A stretch of 64,000 nt of DNA, taken from NCBI GenBank assembly GCA_964016885.1, contig CAXHJY010001387.1, positions 90,469 to 154,468 on the forward strand, in the 5' to 3' direction. This document shows positions 13,401 to 26,191 of the stretch, piece after piece (the first letter of the stretch is position 1; the number at the start of each line of letters is the position of its first letter). Made by a program: the position numbers and the translations under genes. The notes below the pieces were generated by a model. That model was given only the letters and a program-made list of their open reading frames with translations. It did no database searches and had not been told where the DNA came from. The DNA comes from Eledone cirrhosa. Its lineage: Eukaryota.

Positions 13401-14037
13401 TAAGCAACGACTCCGTTGGAGTGGTCACCTTGCCAGGATGAAGGATTCTAGAATACCAAAACAACTCTTTTATGGAGAGTTGGTTAAAGGAAAACGACCG
13501 CCACATAAACCAAAAAAGAGGTATAAGGATTCCTTGAAAGCCTCTCTGAAAGACGCTAACATCTCTGCTGATACATGGGAGAATATTGCTGCTGATCGTA
13601 ATAAATGGAGAAAGACTGTATATGAGGGAAACGTTGCCTTTGAGGCATCTTGAATCGCATACGAGAAAGTAAAGCGGGATGTGAGGAAGGGCATTGCTGT
13701 TGCACTTCCAGACAGCGAGGGTCCTCCTATGGTGCTGACATACAGCGTATGTGCGAGACTCTGCCTAAGCAAAGCTGGACTCGAAAGTCATCTTCGCAGT
13801 CATAAAGTAAGACCAGTGGTTGACTACCAGGCTGCTGTTAGAGATGCTACTCATCATGCTTGCCAAACATGTGGTAGAGAATGTAAATCAGCAGGAGGGC
13901 TCAAGCGACATGCAAAAGTACATGAACTCCAACCACAGCCGACTATTCCCAGTGAATGTTTTGGTTGCCGACTCTGTGCAAGACATTTTATATCATTAGC
14001 TGGGCTAAAAAGCCACATTCGATCGCAGCGCTGTTAG
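10495..14037 (+). pseudogene. RTE ORF: APE endonuclease, reverse transcriptase, three C-terminal C2H2-like zinc fingers; lightly disrupted
   Basis: WNVRTL, LSETRL, GDFNARVG, TDHRLV, GVKQG, LLYADD. Frameshift/stop at ~10855-10890 and in-frame TGA at 13651. CQTCGRECKSAGGLKRHAKVH-type fingers follow. Confidence 0.9.
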
Positions 14038-14419
14038 TTGCTATTGTGTGTGTGTGTGTAGATATGCTTATGTGTGTGCGTGTGTGTGTATATATATATG
14101 TATATGTATATTATTATTGTTGTTGTCGTTATTATTATTGTTGTTATTATTATTATTATTATTGTTATTAATGTATGTGTGTGTGTATATGTGTGTGAGT
14201 GTGTGTGTGTGTGTATATGTGTATGTATATGTATATATATATATATTTCTTTTCTTTTTTTTTTATTTTTATTTTCTTTTTATTTATTTATTATTATTAT
14301 TTTTTTTTTCTTTCTTTCTCCTCGTGCAATGGTCATACTCGATAACGAGGGGCAGCCATCATGTATGTATGTATGTATGTATGTATGTATGTATGTATGT
14401 ATGTATGAATGTATGTATG

Positions 14420-14482
14420 TAGGGGTTCTCCTACATGGATATAAAGTAGTGGCCGTACTCGAAAACGAGTTGGCAGCCACCA
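14420..14482 (+). mobile_element. 63-bp 3' end of the RTE-derived family, inside the (TGTA)n tail of the RTE
   Basis: Matches 34294-34357. Confidence 0.8.
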
Positions 14483-14498
14483 TGTATGTATGTATATA

Positions 14499-14571
<73 letters not shown>

Positions 14572-14576
14572 ATCTT

Positions 14577-14626
<50 letters not shown>

Positions 14627-14638
14627 TATATATATATG

Positions 14639-14778
<140 letters not shown>

Positions 14779-14782
14779 GATA

Positions 14783-14840
<58 letters not shown>

Positions 14841-14882
14841 TATATATATATATATATGATATTTCTCTCTCTATATATATAT

Positions 14883-14914
<32 letters not shown>

Positions 14915-14918
14915 GAAA

Positions 14919-15011
<93 letters not shown>

Positions 15012-15021
15012 TGTGTGTGTG

Positions 15022-15067
<46 letters not shown>

Positions 15068-15376
15068 CACACACACATATATATATGTGTGTGTGTGAGC
15101 GTGTATGTGTGTATGTATCACACATATAGCTACGTACATAGACAGACAGTCTGATACAATTAGTTTGTCACAGTCCACAATTCCTGTATTCCCTTGTGTG
15201 ATATCATTAATATTCCACAGAGGAACCACACATAAACCAACCATTTTATTAATCAACTTAATTACCAATTAGTGCTGCATTTAATTTATTTATTATTTTG
15301 TTTGTTTGGTTGTTGGGTTTTTTTTTTTGTTTTTTGTTTCTTTCGCGTATTAAACTAATATCTCTAATCTCGGATT

Positions 15377-16890
15377 GATGGTGGTGGTGGTGGTGGTTGT
15401 GGTGGTGGTGGTGGTGGCTGTGGTGTTGGTGGTAGTTGTGATGGTAGTGGTCTTGGTGGTGGCTGTGGTGGTGGTGGTTGTGGTGGTGGTGGCTGTGGTG
15501 TTGGTGGTAGTTGTGATGGTAGTGGTCTTGGTGGTGGCTGTGGTGGTGGTGGTTGTGGTGGTGGTTGTGGTGGTGGTGGTTGTGGTGGTGGTGGCTGTGG
15601 TGTTGGTGGTAGTTGTGATGGTAGTGGTCTTGGTGGTGGCTGTGGTGGTGGTGGTTGTGGTGGTGGTTGTGGTGGTGGTGGTTGTGGTGGTGGTGGTAGT
15701 GGTGGTGGTGGTAGTTGTGATGGTAGTGGTCTTGGTGGTGGCTGTGGTGGTGGTGGTTGTGGTGGTGGTTGTGGTTGTGGTGGTAGTGGTCTTGGTGGTG
15801 GCTGTGGTGGTGGTGGTTGTGGTGGTGGTTGTGGTGGTGGTGGTTGTGGTGGTGGTGGCTGTGGTGTTGGTGGTAGTTGTGATGGTAGTGGTCTTGGTGG
15901 TGGCTGTGGTGGTGGTGGTTGTGGTGGTGGTTGTGGTGGTGGTGGTCGTGGTTGTGGTGGTAGTGGTGGTGGTGGTAGTTGTGATGGTAGTGGTCTTGGT
16001 GGTGGCTGTGGTGGTGGTGGTTGTGGTGGTGGTTGTGGTTGTGGTGGTAGTGGTGGTGGTGGTAGTTGTGATGGTAGTGGTCTTGGTGGTGGTTGTGGTG
16101 GTGGTAGTGGTTGTGGTGGTTGTGGTGGTGGTGGTGATTGTGGTGGTAGTTGTGGTGGTGGTTGTGGTGGTTGTGGTGGTGGTGGTGGTGGTGGTGGTAG
16201 TGGTTGTGGTGGTTGTGGTGGTGGTGGTGGCTGTGGTGATTGTGGTGGTTGTGGTGGTGGTGGTGGTTGTGGTGGTGGTGGTGGCGGTAGTTGTGGTGGT
16301 GGTGGTGGCTGTGGTGGTGGTGGTGGTAGTTGTGATTGTAGTGGTGGTTGTGGTGGTGATTGTGGTGGTGGTAGTGGTTGTGGTGGTGTTGGTGGTGGTG
16401 GTTGTGGTGGTGGTGGTGGTTGTGGTGGTAGTTGTGGTGGTGGTGGTGGTAGTGGTAGTGGTTGTGGTGGTAGTGATTGTGGTGGCGGTTGTGGTGGTGG
16501 TGGAAGGGGTGATGATTGTGGTAGTGGTGGTGGAGGTTTGGTAGCGATGGTTGTTGTGGTGGTTGTGGTGGTGGTGATAGCAGTGGTGGTGATAGCATTG
16601 GTGGTGTCGATGCTAGTGGTGGTGATGGCATTGGTGGTGATAGCAGTGGTGGTGATGGCATTGGTGGTGTCGATGCTAGTGGTGGTGATGGCATTGGTGG
16701 TGATAGCAGTGGTGGTGATGGCATTGGTGGTGATAGCAGTGGTGGTGATGGCATTGGTGGTGTCGATGCTAGTGGTGGTGATGGCATTGGTGGTGTCGAT
16801 GCTAGTGGTGGTGATGGCATTGGTGGTGTCGATGCTAGTGGTGGTGATGGCATTGGTGGTGTCGATGCTAGTGGTGGTGATGGCATTGCT
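15377..16890. repeat. (GTG)n-based micro/minisatellite with higher-order units
   Basis: Visible; source of poly-His/Val/Pro ORFs. Confidence 0.9.
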
Positions 16891-16926
16891 ATTGGCGATC
16901 GAGTTATCTGTATTCTAAGAGGGATT

Positions 16927-17085
16927 GAGGTGGCGAATTGGCAGAGTCGTTAGAAGGTCAGATAGAATGTTTTATGGCATTCGTTCTGACTCTCTGCTCT
17001 CGGAGTTCAAATCCCGCTGAGGTCAATTTTGCTTTTCAGCCTTTCGAGGTCGATAAAAAAAGTACCAGTCTAGTACTGGGGTGGA
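16927..17085 (+). mobile_element. tRNA-derived SINE
   Basis: TGGCAGAGTCGTTAG A-box, GAGTTCAAATCCC B-box, conserved central block. Confidence 0.8.
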
Positions 17086-17354
17086 TTCTTCCTCTATATC
17101 TTTCTCATTTCCTCTCTCTCACTTGCTATCCTTCTCTGGAAGAAACCTGCTGTACTCAGGTCTGGAGAGGGATGGGCTCCGCCGGGCTTAAATGCCTCCA
17201 AAACGCCGTATGTCAATACGGCGCCCCTACGACTATCAGGAGTTACAGGACCATACATATATGCAAGAGGGGAAGACTCAAATGGAATAGACCACCTTCG
17301 CTGTCGACGATGACTGTTGCAGTTGTTCGATCAGCGGACCAGCGTCCTCGTTAG

Positions 17355-18267
17355 TGTTACCAGAGAATATGAAAATAGCATCAATTTGGACATGCAACCA
17401 CCCTGAACATATATTTCAATTATGAAATAGCATTAACACTAACTACCCTGAACTTATATTTAATATGATCACATACATTTAGTTATACCCATAACACACA
17501 AACAACACTCACATATTGATTATGATTACATAGTTTTTGTTATACTTATTACACTCACATATTGATTATTTTCACTTCTTTCTTTCGCTATGCGTACATC
17601 TAAGTATGTAAGTATATACATTTGATGTCTATAAGACGCATCGACCACTCCTTCATGTTAATGATATATTTAACGTACATATATAAGTTCACATACATTT
17701 AATTATACTTATAACACTTACATATGATTTATATCCAATCTTATAGCATCGAAAACTCCTTTTTTCTCTGCAAATATACTTAACATATTCATAGATATGT
17801 ATGAATATTTTTGAGTGCTAATATATTTATTTTTTCTATGTATGAACTTATAGCAATTATTTGTTGGTCGTGTGGGTTAATTGATTGTGTTGTAATGTTG
17901 ATTGGTTTATTGCGTGCATGATAACTTGTAGCTTGTTGTGTCGTGTGGTCACTGTTGTGTGATACAGTGTGACCAGAGGTTCAATAAGATGATGATAATA
18001 TGATAGTTCCTTGATCACACAGAAAATGAATATATATAAACGAACCACGATGACACCAAACGACTAGATTATTAATTTATTGAAAATAACTCACGCTGGA
18101 GTTATACTAAAAATACACAGGGACGTTATTTGTTTGTAGTAGAATTAAATTGTATTTACCAAGATAACTTCATAGACTTCACTGTCTTAGCTAAGAGAGA
18201 GACCAAGAGATAGAGATAGAGCGAAAGAAAAAGAAAGAGAAAGTAAGAGTCTGTAAGACCAGGAGAG

Positions 18268-18323
<56 letters not shown>

Positions 18324-18566
18324 TCTGTAGACCCAATGGGGTCTGTAGAAAGCAAATGTTTTACATCGTTACTCTATCAGGAACTGCTCAGAACTACCTT
18401 TTGCTTGGTCTAAGACAGGCTATTTATATTTGTCGCTTCCTCTGTCCCCTGCCTTGAGAACCACCGAGGTGACCTCGAGAGATCGCCCATACATAGACTT
18501 GTTTACGCCAAAAAGTGAGCGTTAAATGTCACCCAGGGGTCAGGGTGTGGTCAGATTTCGCTACAA
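17355..18566 (-). mobile_element. Possible LTR (TG...CA) of an LTR retrotransposon
   Basis: Minus strand begins TGTAGCG and ends GGTAACA, with TATAAATA and AATAAA in order. No TSD or clean PBS seen. Confidence 0.3.
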
Positions 18567-18816
18567 ACTTACGTGTGTATGTGTGTATATATGCGTTTAT
18601 ATGTATGTGAATATATTTTTTTGTACGTACGGTTTTATGTGTATATATGTATGTTAAGTATACACATATATATATACACATACAACCGTACCTACGTTTG
18701 GGATTTTACATATCTCTAAACCCACTCTGCATCTCTCCAAGTATTGAGTACTCCCAAGATTAGTGGCCTCCCCAGTCTCAGCATCGCAGACTCGATACAC
18801 ACACATATATATGTAT

Positions 18817-18885
<69 letters not shown>

Positions 18886-18914
18886 CACACACATATATAT
18901 AATAATCATAATAA

Positions 18915-19102
18915 TTGTTTCTACTTTAGGTACAAGGCCAGCAATTACCAGTACATAACAGGTACTTTATTTTATCGACCCCGTAAGGATGAAAGGCAAA
19001 GTTAACCTCGGCGGGATTTGAACTCATACCATAAAGGTCCGTAACTCTTTGCTGCAAAGCATGGCGTCTGACCCTCTACCGATACTGCCAATCCACCGCC
19101 CT
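18915..19102 (-). mobile_element. tRNA-derived SINE
   Basis: Same family as 25068-25243, 36441-36660 and 54345-54640. Confidence 0.85.
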
Positions 19103-19106
19103 CATA

Positions 19107-19157
<51 letters not shown>

Positions 19158-19399
19158 TTTTCTTTATTAACCACAAGGGTTCACATAAAGTAGACATTAA
19201 GGACAGTACAGGACAATACAGGACGGTACAAATGGGCATTTCTGCGTGTAAAAAAACAGAGGTTGAAATAAAATAACAAAGAAAAATTCCCCAATAGGGG
19301 GGAGACTTCCAAGGGACATTTGTGGAGAAAGCCCATTAAAAGACCACAGTGGCCCTGACCACCAGGGCAAGTGCCCTCTCCCAGTTTTCCACCTTTAAT

Positions 19400-22300
19400 T
19401 TACAGACACATACTCAGAGAAGGCCCATTCATTCGGGCCATACTTGCTTCTCTCACCCATCTTTCAACAAAATGCTGGGAAGAGAGCACTTCCCTCTCTA
19501 CCCTGATTTTCCTTTTCAAATGAAATTTGAAAAAGTTAATCAGGGCATCACCGAAGAAGTAAGTGCTCGTCTTCAGCCCTTTCAAACGTGTCCACCATAC
19601 TATCTCTTTCGCCATGGCCACCAGACAGATAAAAACTGCCTGCCCTTCCAGGCTAAAGGAAGGGGGCGGGGCAATCCTCACGATGGACTCAGCTGATAGC
19701 TGGATCCGTCCTACACGTGACAGCAGGTGTTCGACATAAACCCACAAGTCAGCAATGCTCGGACACTGGACGAGTGCGTGCAGGACGGTTTCGTCGCCCT
19801 GCGCGCATCTCGGACATGCCCGGCTGACGGCACCTCCATGCCTGTAGAGTTTATCCCGAACTGGCAAAGCTCCTCGGTAGCACTGCCAGGCCAGGGATTT
19901 CTGGAAGTTGTCCATAGGCCCCGGCCCGAAAGTCCTTCCGAAGAGATTGGCTAGTTGATTTTCGTCGACGCCTAGAGTTTCTCCAAGTACGTCGTCGCTC
20001 TTCCCCTCCACTAATCCCCTATAGAACGCCAAGGTGGAGTTTCCACCGATCACATTGCCCGATTGGTCGAGGGCTGTGAGCGCCTGAAGACATTCCAGTC
20101 TCCAAGCGCTCCCTCTCGGTCTTCGCTTGACCCAGGACTGCAGCTCCGTCAAGGAGACGAGCTGGGGAAAAACGTGTCTTGCAAACGGCGACCACACCTG
20201 ATCACCGTCGAGGAAGAGGTGGAGATGTCGTAGCCTGAGCGCGTGTCTGCGCATCATCAGCCACGGCATGCCCAGCCCTCCACGTAGCGGGTGTTGACAG
20301 CAGATGGACCGCCTGACCATCGGAGCGCGTCCCTTCCACAAGGAGCGAAAGAGCAAACGCTCCAGCGCAGTCAGGCGGGGCTTAGGACAAGGTACGACGG
20401 TCAGGCGGTAGTAGATGACGGATGCGATGTACGCATTCGCCACCTCCGCTCGACCTTTCAGGGATAGCTTCCTCTCGGCCCATTTCTGGGTGAGAGAAGC
20501 CACCCTGCTCGTCACCTCGTCCCAGTTTTTGTCCGTCTGGAGGTCTGGACCGAACCAGACCCCCAGCAATTTAACCGGTCCGTTCGTCCAGCGCCCGACG
20601 ACGCTGTTGGACGGCATGGACCTGCCTCTCCAGGTGCCGAGCTGCAGGGCCACTGACTTTTCCTGGTTGATCATTGCTCCTGTCACCGCTTCGTATTCTC
20701 TTAGTGTAGTGCCGATCGCCTCGATGTGTTTGGCGTTCGACACCACTACGGTGACATCGTCGGCATATGCTGACACGGATCTTCCGCATCCTAGTTCGCG
20801 CGGGACCCCCCTCAACGTCTCCAGTTTGTGCAGTAATGGCTCGAGAGTCAATACGTACAATAGGGACGAGAGGGGACATCCTTGGCGGACCGAGCGCATG
20901 ATGTTGAACGGTTCCGAAAGGTGACCGTTCACTCTCACTACAGAGCAGATGTCGCTGTGCATGGCAGCGATCCAGCCTCTGAAGACGGGCCCAAAGCCAG
21001 CCGCCCTCAGGACTGCCGTTAGGTAACGATGGTCGACCCTATCGAAGGCTTTCGACTGATCTAAATTGATCAAAGACCCACCCGTGCCAGGTTCCCTAGC
21101 TACCCTCTCTACGATGTATCGCATGAGGTGGAGGTTGTCGTGGATGGATCTGTCGGGAATGGCGCATGTCTGTGCCTCTCCCACCAGACCACCAACGACA
21201 AGCGCCAACCTCTTTGCTAGCACCTTGACCAAAATCTTGAACTCTGTGTTTAGCAGAGTTATGGGCCTAAAATTATCTATGTTATCCCCCTTGTTCGGAT
21301 CCTTTCTCAGCAGCGCCACCGCTCCTCGGCTCACAGAGCTGGGAATTCTCCCGTTCTGTTGCCAGTTGCAGTAGACGTCCGCCAAGAGGCCTCCGAACAA
21401 GTTTGGCATTTGTACGTAAAGTTCATAGGGCAGACCATCCAAACCAGGCGATTTACCCCTTGTGCAACTAGTCATTGCATCCCGTACTTCAGCGGTTGTT
21501 ATCGGCTTTTCGCAACACTCCGCCTCAGTGGTCGAGAGCCGCGGCAGTCCGTCGAGGTAGACACTAAAGTCCATCCCTCGATCCGGCCCGCCACTGCCCC
21601 CGAACAGTTGAGCGAAGTGTCGCTGAAAAGCTTCACACATTTGCCCGGGATCGAGTAGCATGCGCCCGTCGTGGTCCACCAAAGACCGGATCGTGGTTTT
21701 GTTGCCACGACGCGCCTCCGCCACTCGGGCCCATTGAACGGCTTTCGTCCCCTCGTGTCTGAGAGCACGCACCCTAGCTCTGACAACGCAGCCTTCGTGC
21801 TTTGCATTGAAGAATTGGTCAAGGGCCAATTTCGCCGCAAGTACGTCGGTCGCGATGCCTTTGCTAAGCGCCTCATCTAATTTTCTAACTAATTCTCCCT
21901 CTGCTCTATTTTTCTCTATTGCTAAAGTCTTACTAAACCTAATGGACTCTATTCTAATTGCTCTTTTCAGAGCAAACCACAACTTGTTGTTGACGATGGC
22001 CCCCGTCAACGCCCGCTTAACTAGTTCGCTAATCCGGTCTCTGTAGGCCTTGCGCGCTGGTAAGGACGCGTTTAGCTTCCAGTAGCCGGGTCCTTGTCTA
22101 TGAAGCCTATCTAAGTCAAGCACACAGATCACGAATTTGTGGTCCGTGTAGCTGACTATCTTGAATTGTGGATAGCCTATGCTAGACCTATCTATTTCCC
22201 TACAAAATACTCTATCTAGATATGATCTGGATGACCCTATGCGATTTGTCCAAGTCCACATTGGTACATTCGGGAAATCCATTCGGTACCTGTCAGACAG

Positions 22301-22819
22301 TTCAAAACGTCTGAGCAGGTTGGTGAGACTCTTGCACCCTCCTTCCCTATCCACTAATCCCACACAATCCCAGCGTGCATCTAAGATCCCGTTCCAGTCG
22401 CCCACTAACGCTAAAGAGCGGGACGTTCCAAGAAAGGTCTCCAGACGCCGGAAGAAATCAGGCCGCCCTGCTCCTGTCGGGGCATAGACGGCCACTAACC
22501 TGAAAGCTTGCCCGTCTCCGCTGGTCACGTCCAGCACCACCAACTTACCTTCTGGGTCCAGGAAGATGGCCCGTATGGCAAGATCCAAACCTCTCCGAAA
22601 AAGCACAGCAACTCCTCCCCCCGATCCCGGACGGCTGGGAGATGCGTACACATCGTAGCCGCCGAAGATCGGTGCGAAAGCCTGTGCTTCGGAGATTCTG
22701 GTCTCGCTGATGGCCACTACATCTATGTTTAGTGACCTGAGGTCGTTGAGCAGGTGGCCCTGCTTCCATGACGACCCCAAGCCACGCGCTTTTATGCTGC
22801 CTATTCTGAGTGAGGTCAT
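19400..22819 (-). CDS. ORF2: APE endonuclease-reverse transcriptase with C-terminal zinc knuckle (1139 aa, intact)
   Basis: ISET, GDWN, TDHK, PGYWKLN, KSPGLDG, DQSKAFDRV, RQGCPLS, AYADD, CPRC..ETVLHALVQC. Confidence 0.93.
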   Translation of the reverse strand: MTSLRIGSIKARGLGSSWKQGHLLNDLRSLNIDVVAISETRISEAQAFAPIFGGYDVYASPSRPGSGGGVAVLFRRGLDLAIRAIFLDPEGKLVVLDVTSGDGQAFRLVAVYAPTGAGRPDFFRRLETFLGTSRSLALVGDWNGILDARWDCVGLVDREGGCKSLTNLLRRFELSDRYRMDFPNVPMWTWTNRIGSSRSYLDRVFCREIDRSSIGYPQFKIVSYTDHKFVICVLDLDRLHRQGPGYWKLNASLPARKAYRDRISELVKRALTGAIVNNKLWFALKRAIRIESIRFSKTLAIEKNRAEGELVRKLDEALSKGIATDVLAAKLALDQFFNAKHEGCVVRARVRALRHEGTKAVQWARVAEARRGNKTTIRSLVDHDGRMLLDPGQMCEAFQRHFAQLFGGSGGPDRGMDFSVYLDGLPRLSTTEAECCEKPITTAEVRDAMTSCTRGKSPGLDGLPYELYVQMPNLFGGLLADVYCNWQQNGRIPSSVSRGAVALLRKDPNKGDNIDNFRPITLLNTEFKILVKVLAKRLALVVGGLVGEAQTCAIPDRSIHDNLHLMRYIVERVAREPGTGGSLINLDQSKAFDRVDHRYLTAVLRAAGFGPVFRGWIAAMHSDICSVVRVNGHLSEPFNIMRSVRQGCPLSSLLYVLTLEPLLHKLETLRGVPRELGCGRSVSAYADDVTVVVSNAKHIEAIGTTLREYEAVTGAMINQEKSVALQLGTWRGRSMPSNSVVGRWTNGPVKLLGVWFGPDLQTDKNWDEVTSRVASLTQKWAERKLSLKGRAEVANAYIASVIYYRLTVVPCPKPRLTALERLLFRSLWKGRAPMVRRSICCQHPLRGGLGMPWLMMRRHALRLRHLHLFLDGDQVWSPFARHVFPQLVSLTELQSWVKRRPRGSAWRLECLQALTALDQSGNVIGGNSTLAFYRGLVEGKSDDVLGETLGVDENQLANLFGRTFGPGPMDNFQKSLAWQCYRGALPVRDKLYRHGGAVSRACPRCAQGDETVLHALVQCPSIADLWVYVEHLLSRVGRIQLSAESIVRIAPPPSFSLEGQAVFICLVAMAKEIVWWTRLKGLKTSTYFFGDALINFFKFHLKRKIRVEREVLSSQHFVERWVREASMARMNGPSLSMCL

Positions 22820-22853
22820 GTTGAAAAGGAGTGGAAAAGATGGGAAAGACCAC

Positions 22854-24811
22854 TTACCTTACTTCTCGTAGGGGAAGGACGGCTTTTCCATCCTTTTCAC
22901 TGCTTGTGGCCTCCTCAGGAAGGATGTCCTTATAAATCCTCCTGGAGAGTGCTTGTCGGAAGTCTCCGATGTCTTTGGGGAATTTTTGTTTTAGTGTCAT
23001 GTACGTTTTCTGTGTGATGCGAGTGATTTGTATGTGTGGAGGTGGTGTGAATTTTGGGGTTGTTGTGTAGTCTTTTTCTGTGATGTTGGTGTTGTGTTGG
23101 ATGTAGTGTAATAATTGCTTGTTGTTCAAATTTAATGCTGTGTAGTGTGTATCGTTTTGGTTGTTTTGTTTTGTTTGCGTTTGTTGTGGGTTTGTTTCTG
23201 TTTCGCATTTTGGTGACTTTTGTGGTGTAGGTGATGGTGGTGCTGGGGATAATGATGGTGATGGTGTTGGTGTTTGGGTTGATGGGGTTGGTGATGCTGG
23301 TGTGGATGGTGGCATATCTGTCCTAACTTTTTTGTTTCTTAGTTTATTTGTTTCCCTCTGTATTTTGTTTTTGGAGGGGGAAGGAAGAGAATTTTTTTCT
23401 TTTTTGGTTTCTTTTTTTTTTCCGGATATCGTTTCCCACTCCTCGTCGTCACAATCTGTCTCCAGTTGTGATAGGCCGGGGAGTGGAAAATCCTCCACAG
23501 CCGTTAGTTTTGGTTGTGGTGTGGTGGATGGTGTAGGCGCTGGTGCTAGTTCTGAAGCGTTGGGTGGTGGTGGTGTTGGTTTTGCTGGTGGTGGTAGTGG
23601 TGTTGGTTTTGCTACTGTTGCTGGGGTTGTTGCTGTTATAGTTGCTTCTGTTGTTGCTGCTACAGTTGTTGCTGCCATCTCTGCTACTGGTGGTGTTGAT
23701 GGTTGTGTCACTGGGGTGGGTAGGAGAGGTGGCCTCAACCTTTTAGCCTGAGGGCAGAAAGCCCTTAGGTGGGTTCCTTCACCACAAACGACACACCTAG
23801 GTCTTCTGCCCTCGACAATTACCGTGAGGTGGCTGCCGTCAGTGAGGTCTATTACCTCTGGGATCTCCTCAATGCTTTTTTGGTCCGCTTGGATCAGGAG
23901 CTCCATCCCAGATCCGGACCAGTTTTCCTGCTTTTCTTTTGCTACTGCTATTATTTTCGTGTTGACTTCGATGCCGGCGAGGACAACCGCTATTAGCCAG
24001 GGAATTTCGATGGCCGGTGGAACGTGGGTCACCCTGATCTTTACGAGTCTCTGGCCACAATAGCTTGGGACGAGTGTGAGGTCGTCACTTTTTAATGGGG
24101 CCATGGAGTGTTCTCTAGCCTCCTCTGGTGTTTCAAAGAACACATCCACGGTTCCATACTTTTGCCCACGTCTGATGTGGGTTTTTCTTGCCCACACATG
24201 TCCCGTTCCACTCGGCGCGATTTTACATTTATTGTTCTATACGACACGGTGCACAGGCGCCGATGCTCCATTTTATTAGGTGGGGGGGTGAGGCTGACCC
24301 TGTACCCATCTTTCTTTACCATTTGTTTGGCATTTTCTAAATCTTCTTGAGTTACCGTGAACGCTTCGAATTGTTTTGCTACGATGGCGAAACTGAGGGT
24401 CGGTTTTATAATGTCATTGTTGTTGTTGTTGCTATCGTTAATATTAATTTTATTTTCAGTTGTGGTGGTGGTGACGTCAGTCGTCTTTGGTGGGGAAGAG
24501 TCCATTTTGCTTGATTTCATTTCCACGTCACGAGTTAATTTATTTTTTTCTTCTTTTGTTTCTGTTGTCGCGGTGGTGGTGGTGGTGGTGGTGGTTGTCG
24601 CGGTGGTGGTGGTGGTGGAGGGTTTAACACCTGCAGTCATTGGTAATGGCGGGAAATGAATGTCTGCCTGAGACAAATTTAAAATATTGCTACTGCTTAT
24701 ATTTTTTTTTGTGTTGGCAAACGTAGTAACATTTACAATGGTGGTGTCGGTGTGAGGTGTTATTTTGTGAGGAAGGCTTTCAGCTGCTTCGTGCAGAGGG
24801 GAATTAGCCAT
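22854..24811 (-). pseudogene. ORF1 (gag-like, CCHC knuckle) with one frameshift near 24195
   Basis: ORFs 24092-24811 and 22854-24197 join if a TG dinucleotide is removed from ATGTGTGGG. CVVCGEGTHLRAFC knuckle. Confidence 0.8.
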
Positions 24812-25019
24812 TTTTTTTCAAAGAAATTTTTGGATAATATAAAAGTTAAAATTTTGGGCACAAGGCCCCAATCTTTTTGGGTGTCCTTTTCGGAAAACAA
24901 TGTATGTGTACTTATAAACAGTTTACAATAAAATTTTCCATAAATGGCAATTTTTAAACAAACGGAAATAACAAACCTTTGCGGAGCTCACGATAATACG
25001 ATTTCCTACGTAGGTCGCC

Positions 25020-25067
<48 letters not shown>

Positions 25068-25243
25068 TGTTTCTACGTTTGGCACAAGGCCAGCAATTAT
25101 CCAGTGCATTACTGGTACTTTATTTTATCGACCCCGTAAGGATGAAAGGCAAAGTTAACCTAGGTGGGATTTGAACTCAGAAAGGCAAGGGCCGTAACTC
25201 TATGCGTCAAAGCATGGCGTCCGACCCTCTACCGATACTGCCA
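25068..25243 (-). mobile_element. tRNA-derived SINE
   Basis: Family match. Confidence 0.85.
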
Positions 25244-25249
25244 ATAATA

Positions 25250-25562
25250 ATAAAAGGACGATTTGTTATGTCTTCATTACGTTTATTGACTGGTGACGCG
25301 CGTTTCGCTATTGATCAACTGTGGTAATGACACAGCAGAGGTCCGACGAGCTTTTGATTCCAGAGTCGGGCCAGATCGAACCTTGAGCTGATCAATAGGG
25401 AAACGCGCGTCACCAACCAATAAACGTAATGAAGACATAACAAATCGTCCTTATATTATTATATTTATACTCTGTCTAGCCCTACACCTCGTTACAGACG
25501 TGAATCTAAACATCGGGTGCTCACCTGGGTGAACATACGGTAACTTCACGTTACACTCTTTG
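25250..25562 (+). mobile_element. Palindromic mini-PLE with hammerhead (25339-25413) and tail
   Basis: ~70-bp inverted arms. ggt-CCGACGA-stem II-GAAAC-GCGC-GTC^-acc, AATAAA, then TATACTC hairpin tail. Confidence 0.75.
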
Positions 25563-25674
25563 ATATATATATTTACACACACATATATAAAGGTATATTA
25601 TACATACACGCGTGTGAGTGTGTGTGAGTTTTGTAGGTGGTGGGTGTATGTAGATAAGTAAGATGTTACACGCG

Positions 25675-25895
25675 GTTTGTGGTCGAACCTGTGGCAGTGA
25701 GTGGAGACTTCCAGTATTCTTGCATTCTTGCCCACCCTCTCCGATCATATGGTTACCCCAAATTGCGAGCCTCGTGAGGTGGAGTGGCTGTTCCAGAGCG
25801 TCTTCCTCGCTATCTGCAATGTCTGCTCTATCGTCTTCTCTATCCTGTCCGCCGGGACCACGAGGCGGACTAACCCTTAAACAAGGAGATCCTCT
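25675..25895 (+). mobile_element. Degenerate CRE-like non-LTR 3' fragment
   Basis: PREVEWLFQSVFLAI resembles PRELEWLFQRVSLAV at ~57175. Confidence 0.6.
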
Positions 25896-25969
25896 TCTAA
25901 TCACATTTTTTATTGCATATTATGACTATTAATACCATTAATTTTCCATTTCCCATGGAAACGGTTTAA

Positions 25970-26191
25970 CCCTTTAGCATTTAAACTGGCCATATCCGGC
26001 CAGAACTCTCTCACTTCTTTCTGCTCAAACTGGCTATAACCGGCTGCTTATACTTATGTTAAGGTATTATTCTCAAAATAAATAATATCAAAATCTCATA
26101 GATTCGATATTGTGTGGGGTAATTTTGTGAGATAAAGTGTTTACTATGAAAATACTATGTAAATATATAGAGTAATGTAAATACTAGAGGT
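25970..26191. mobile_element. piggyBac-like MITE
   Basis: TTAA|CCCTTTAGCATTT ... AAATACTAGAGGT|TTAA. Confidence 0.6.

Larger units (their letters stand above)
9578..14361 (+). mobile_element. Near full-length RTE-clade LINE; 5'UTR interrupted by a Dong-like insertion
   Basis: 5'UTR 9578-9875 (ctaggagaagg motif), APE-RT ORF, 3' end tggtcatactcgataacgaggggcagccatca followed by (TGTA)n. Confidence 0.9.
19157..25019 (-). mobile_element. Full-length Tx1/L1-like LINE inserted in (ATT)n
   Basis: ORF1 + ORF2 + 3'UTR with AATAAA; (AAT)n tracts at 19108-19156 and 25020-25067. Confidence 0.92.

Noticed and set aside
15258-16918. Long His/Pro/Val-rich ORFs
   Set aside because: Translation of (GTG)n repeats, open on both strands; no complex sequence.
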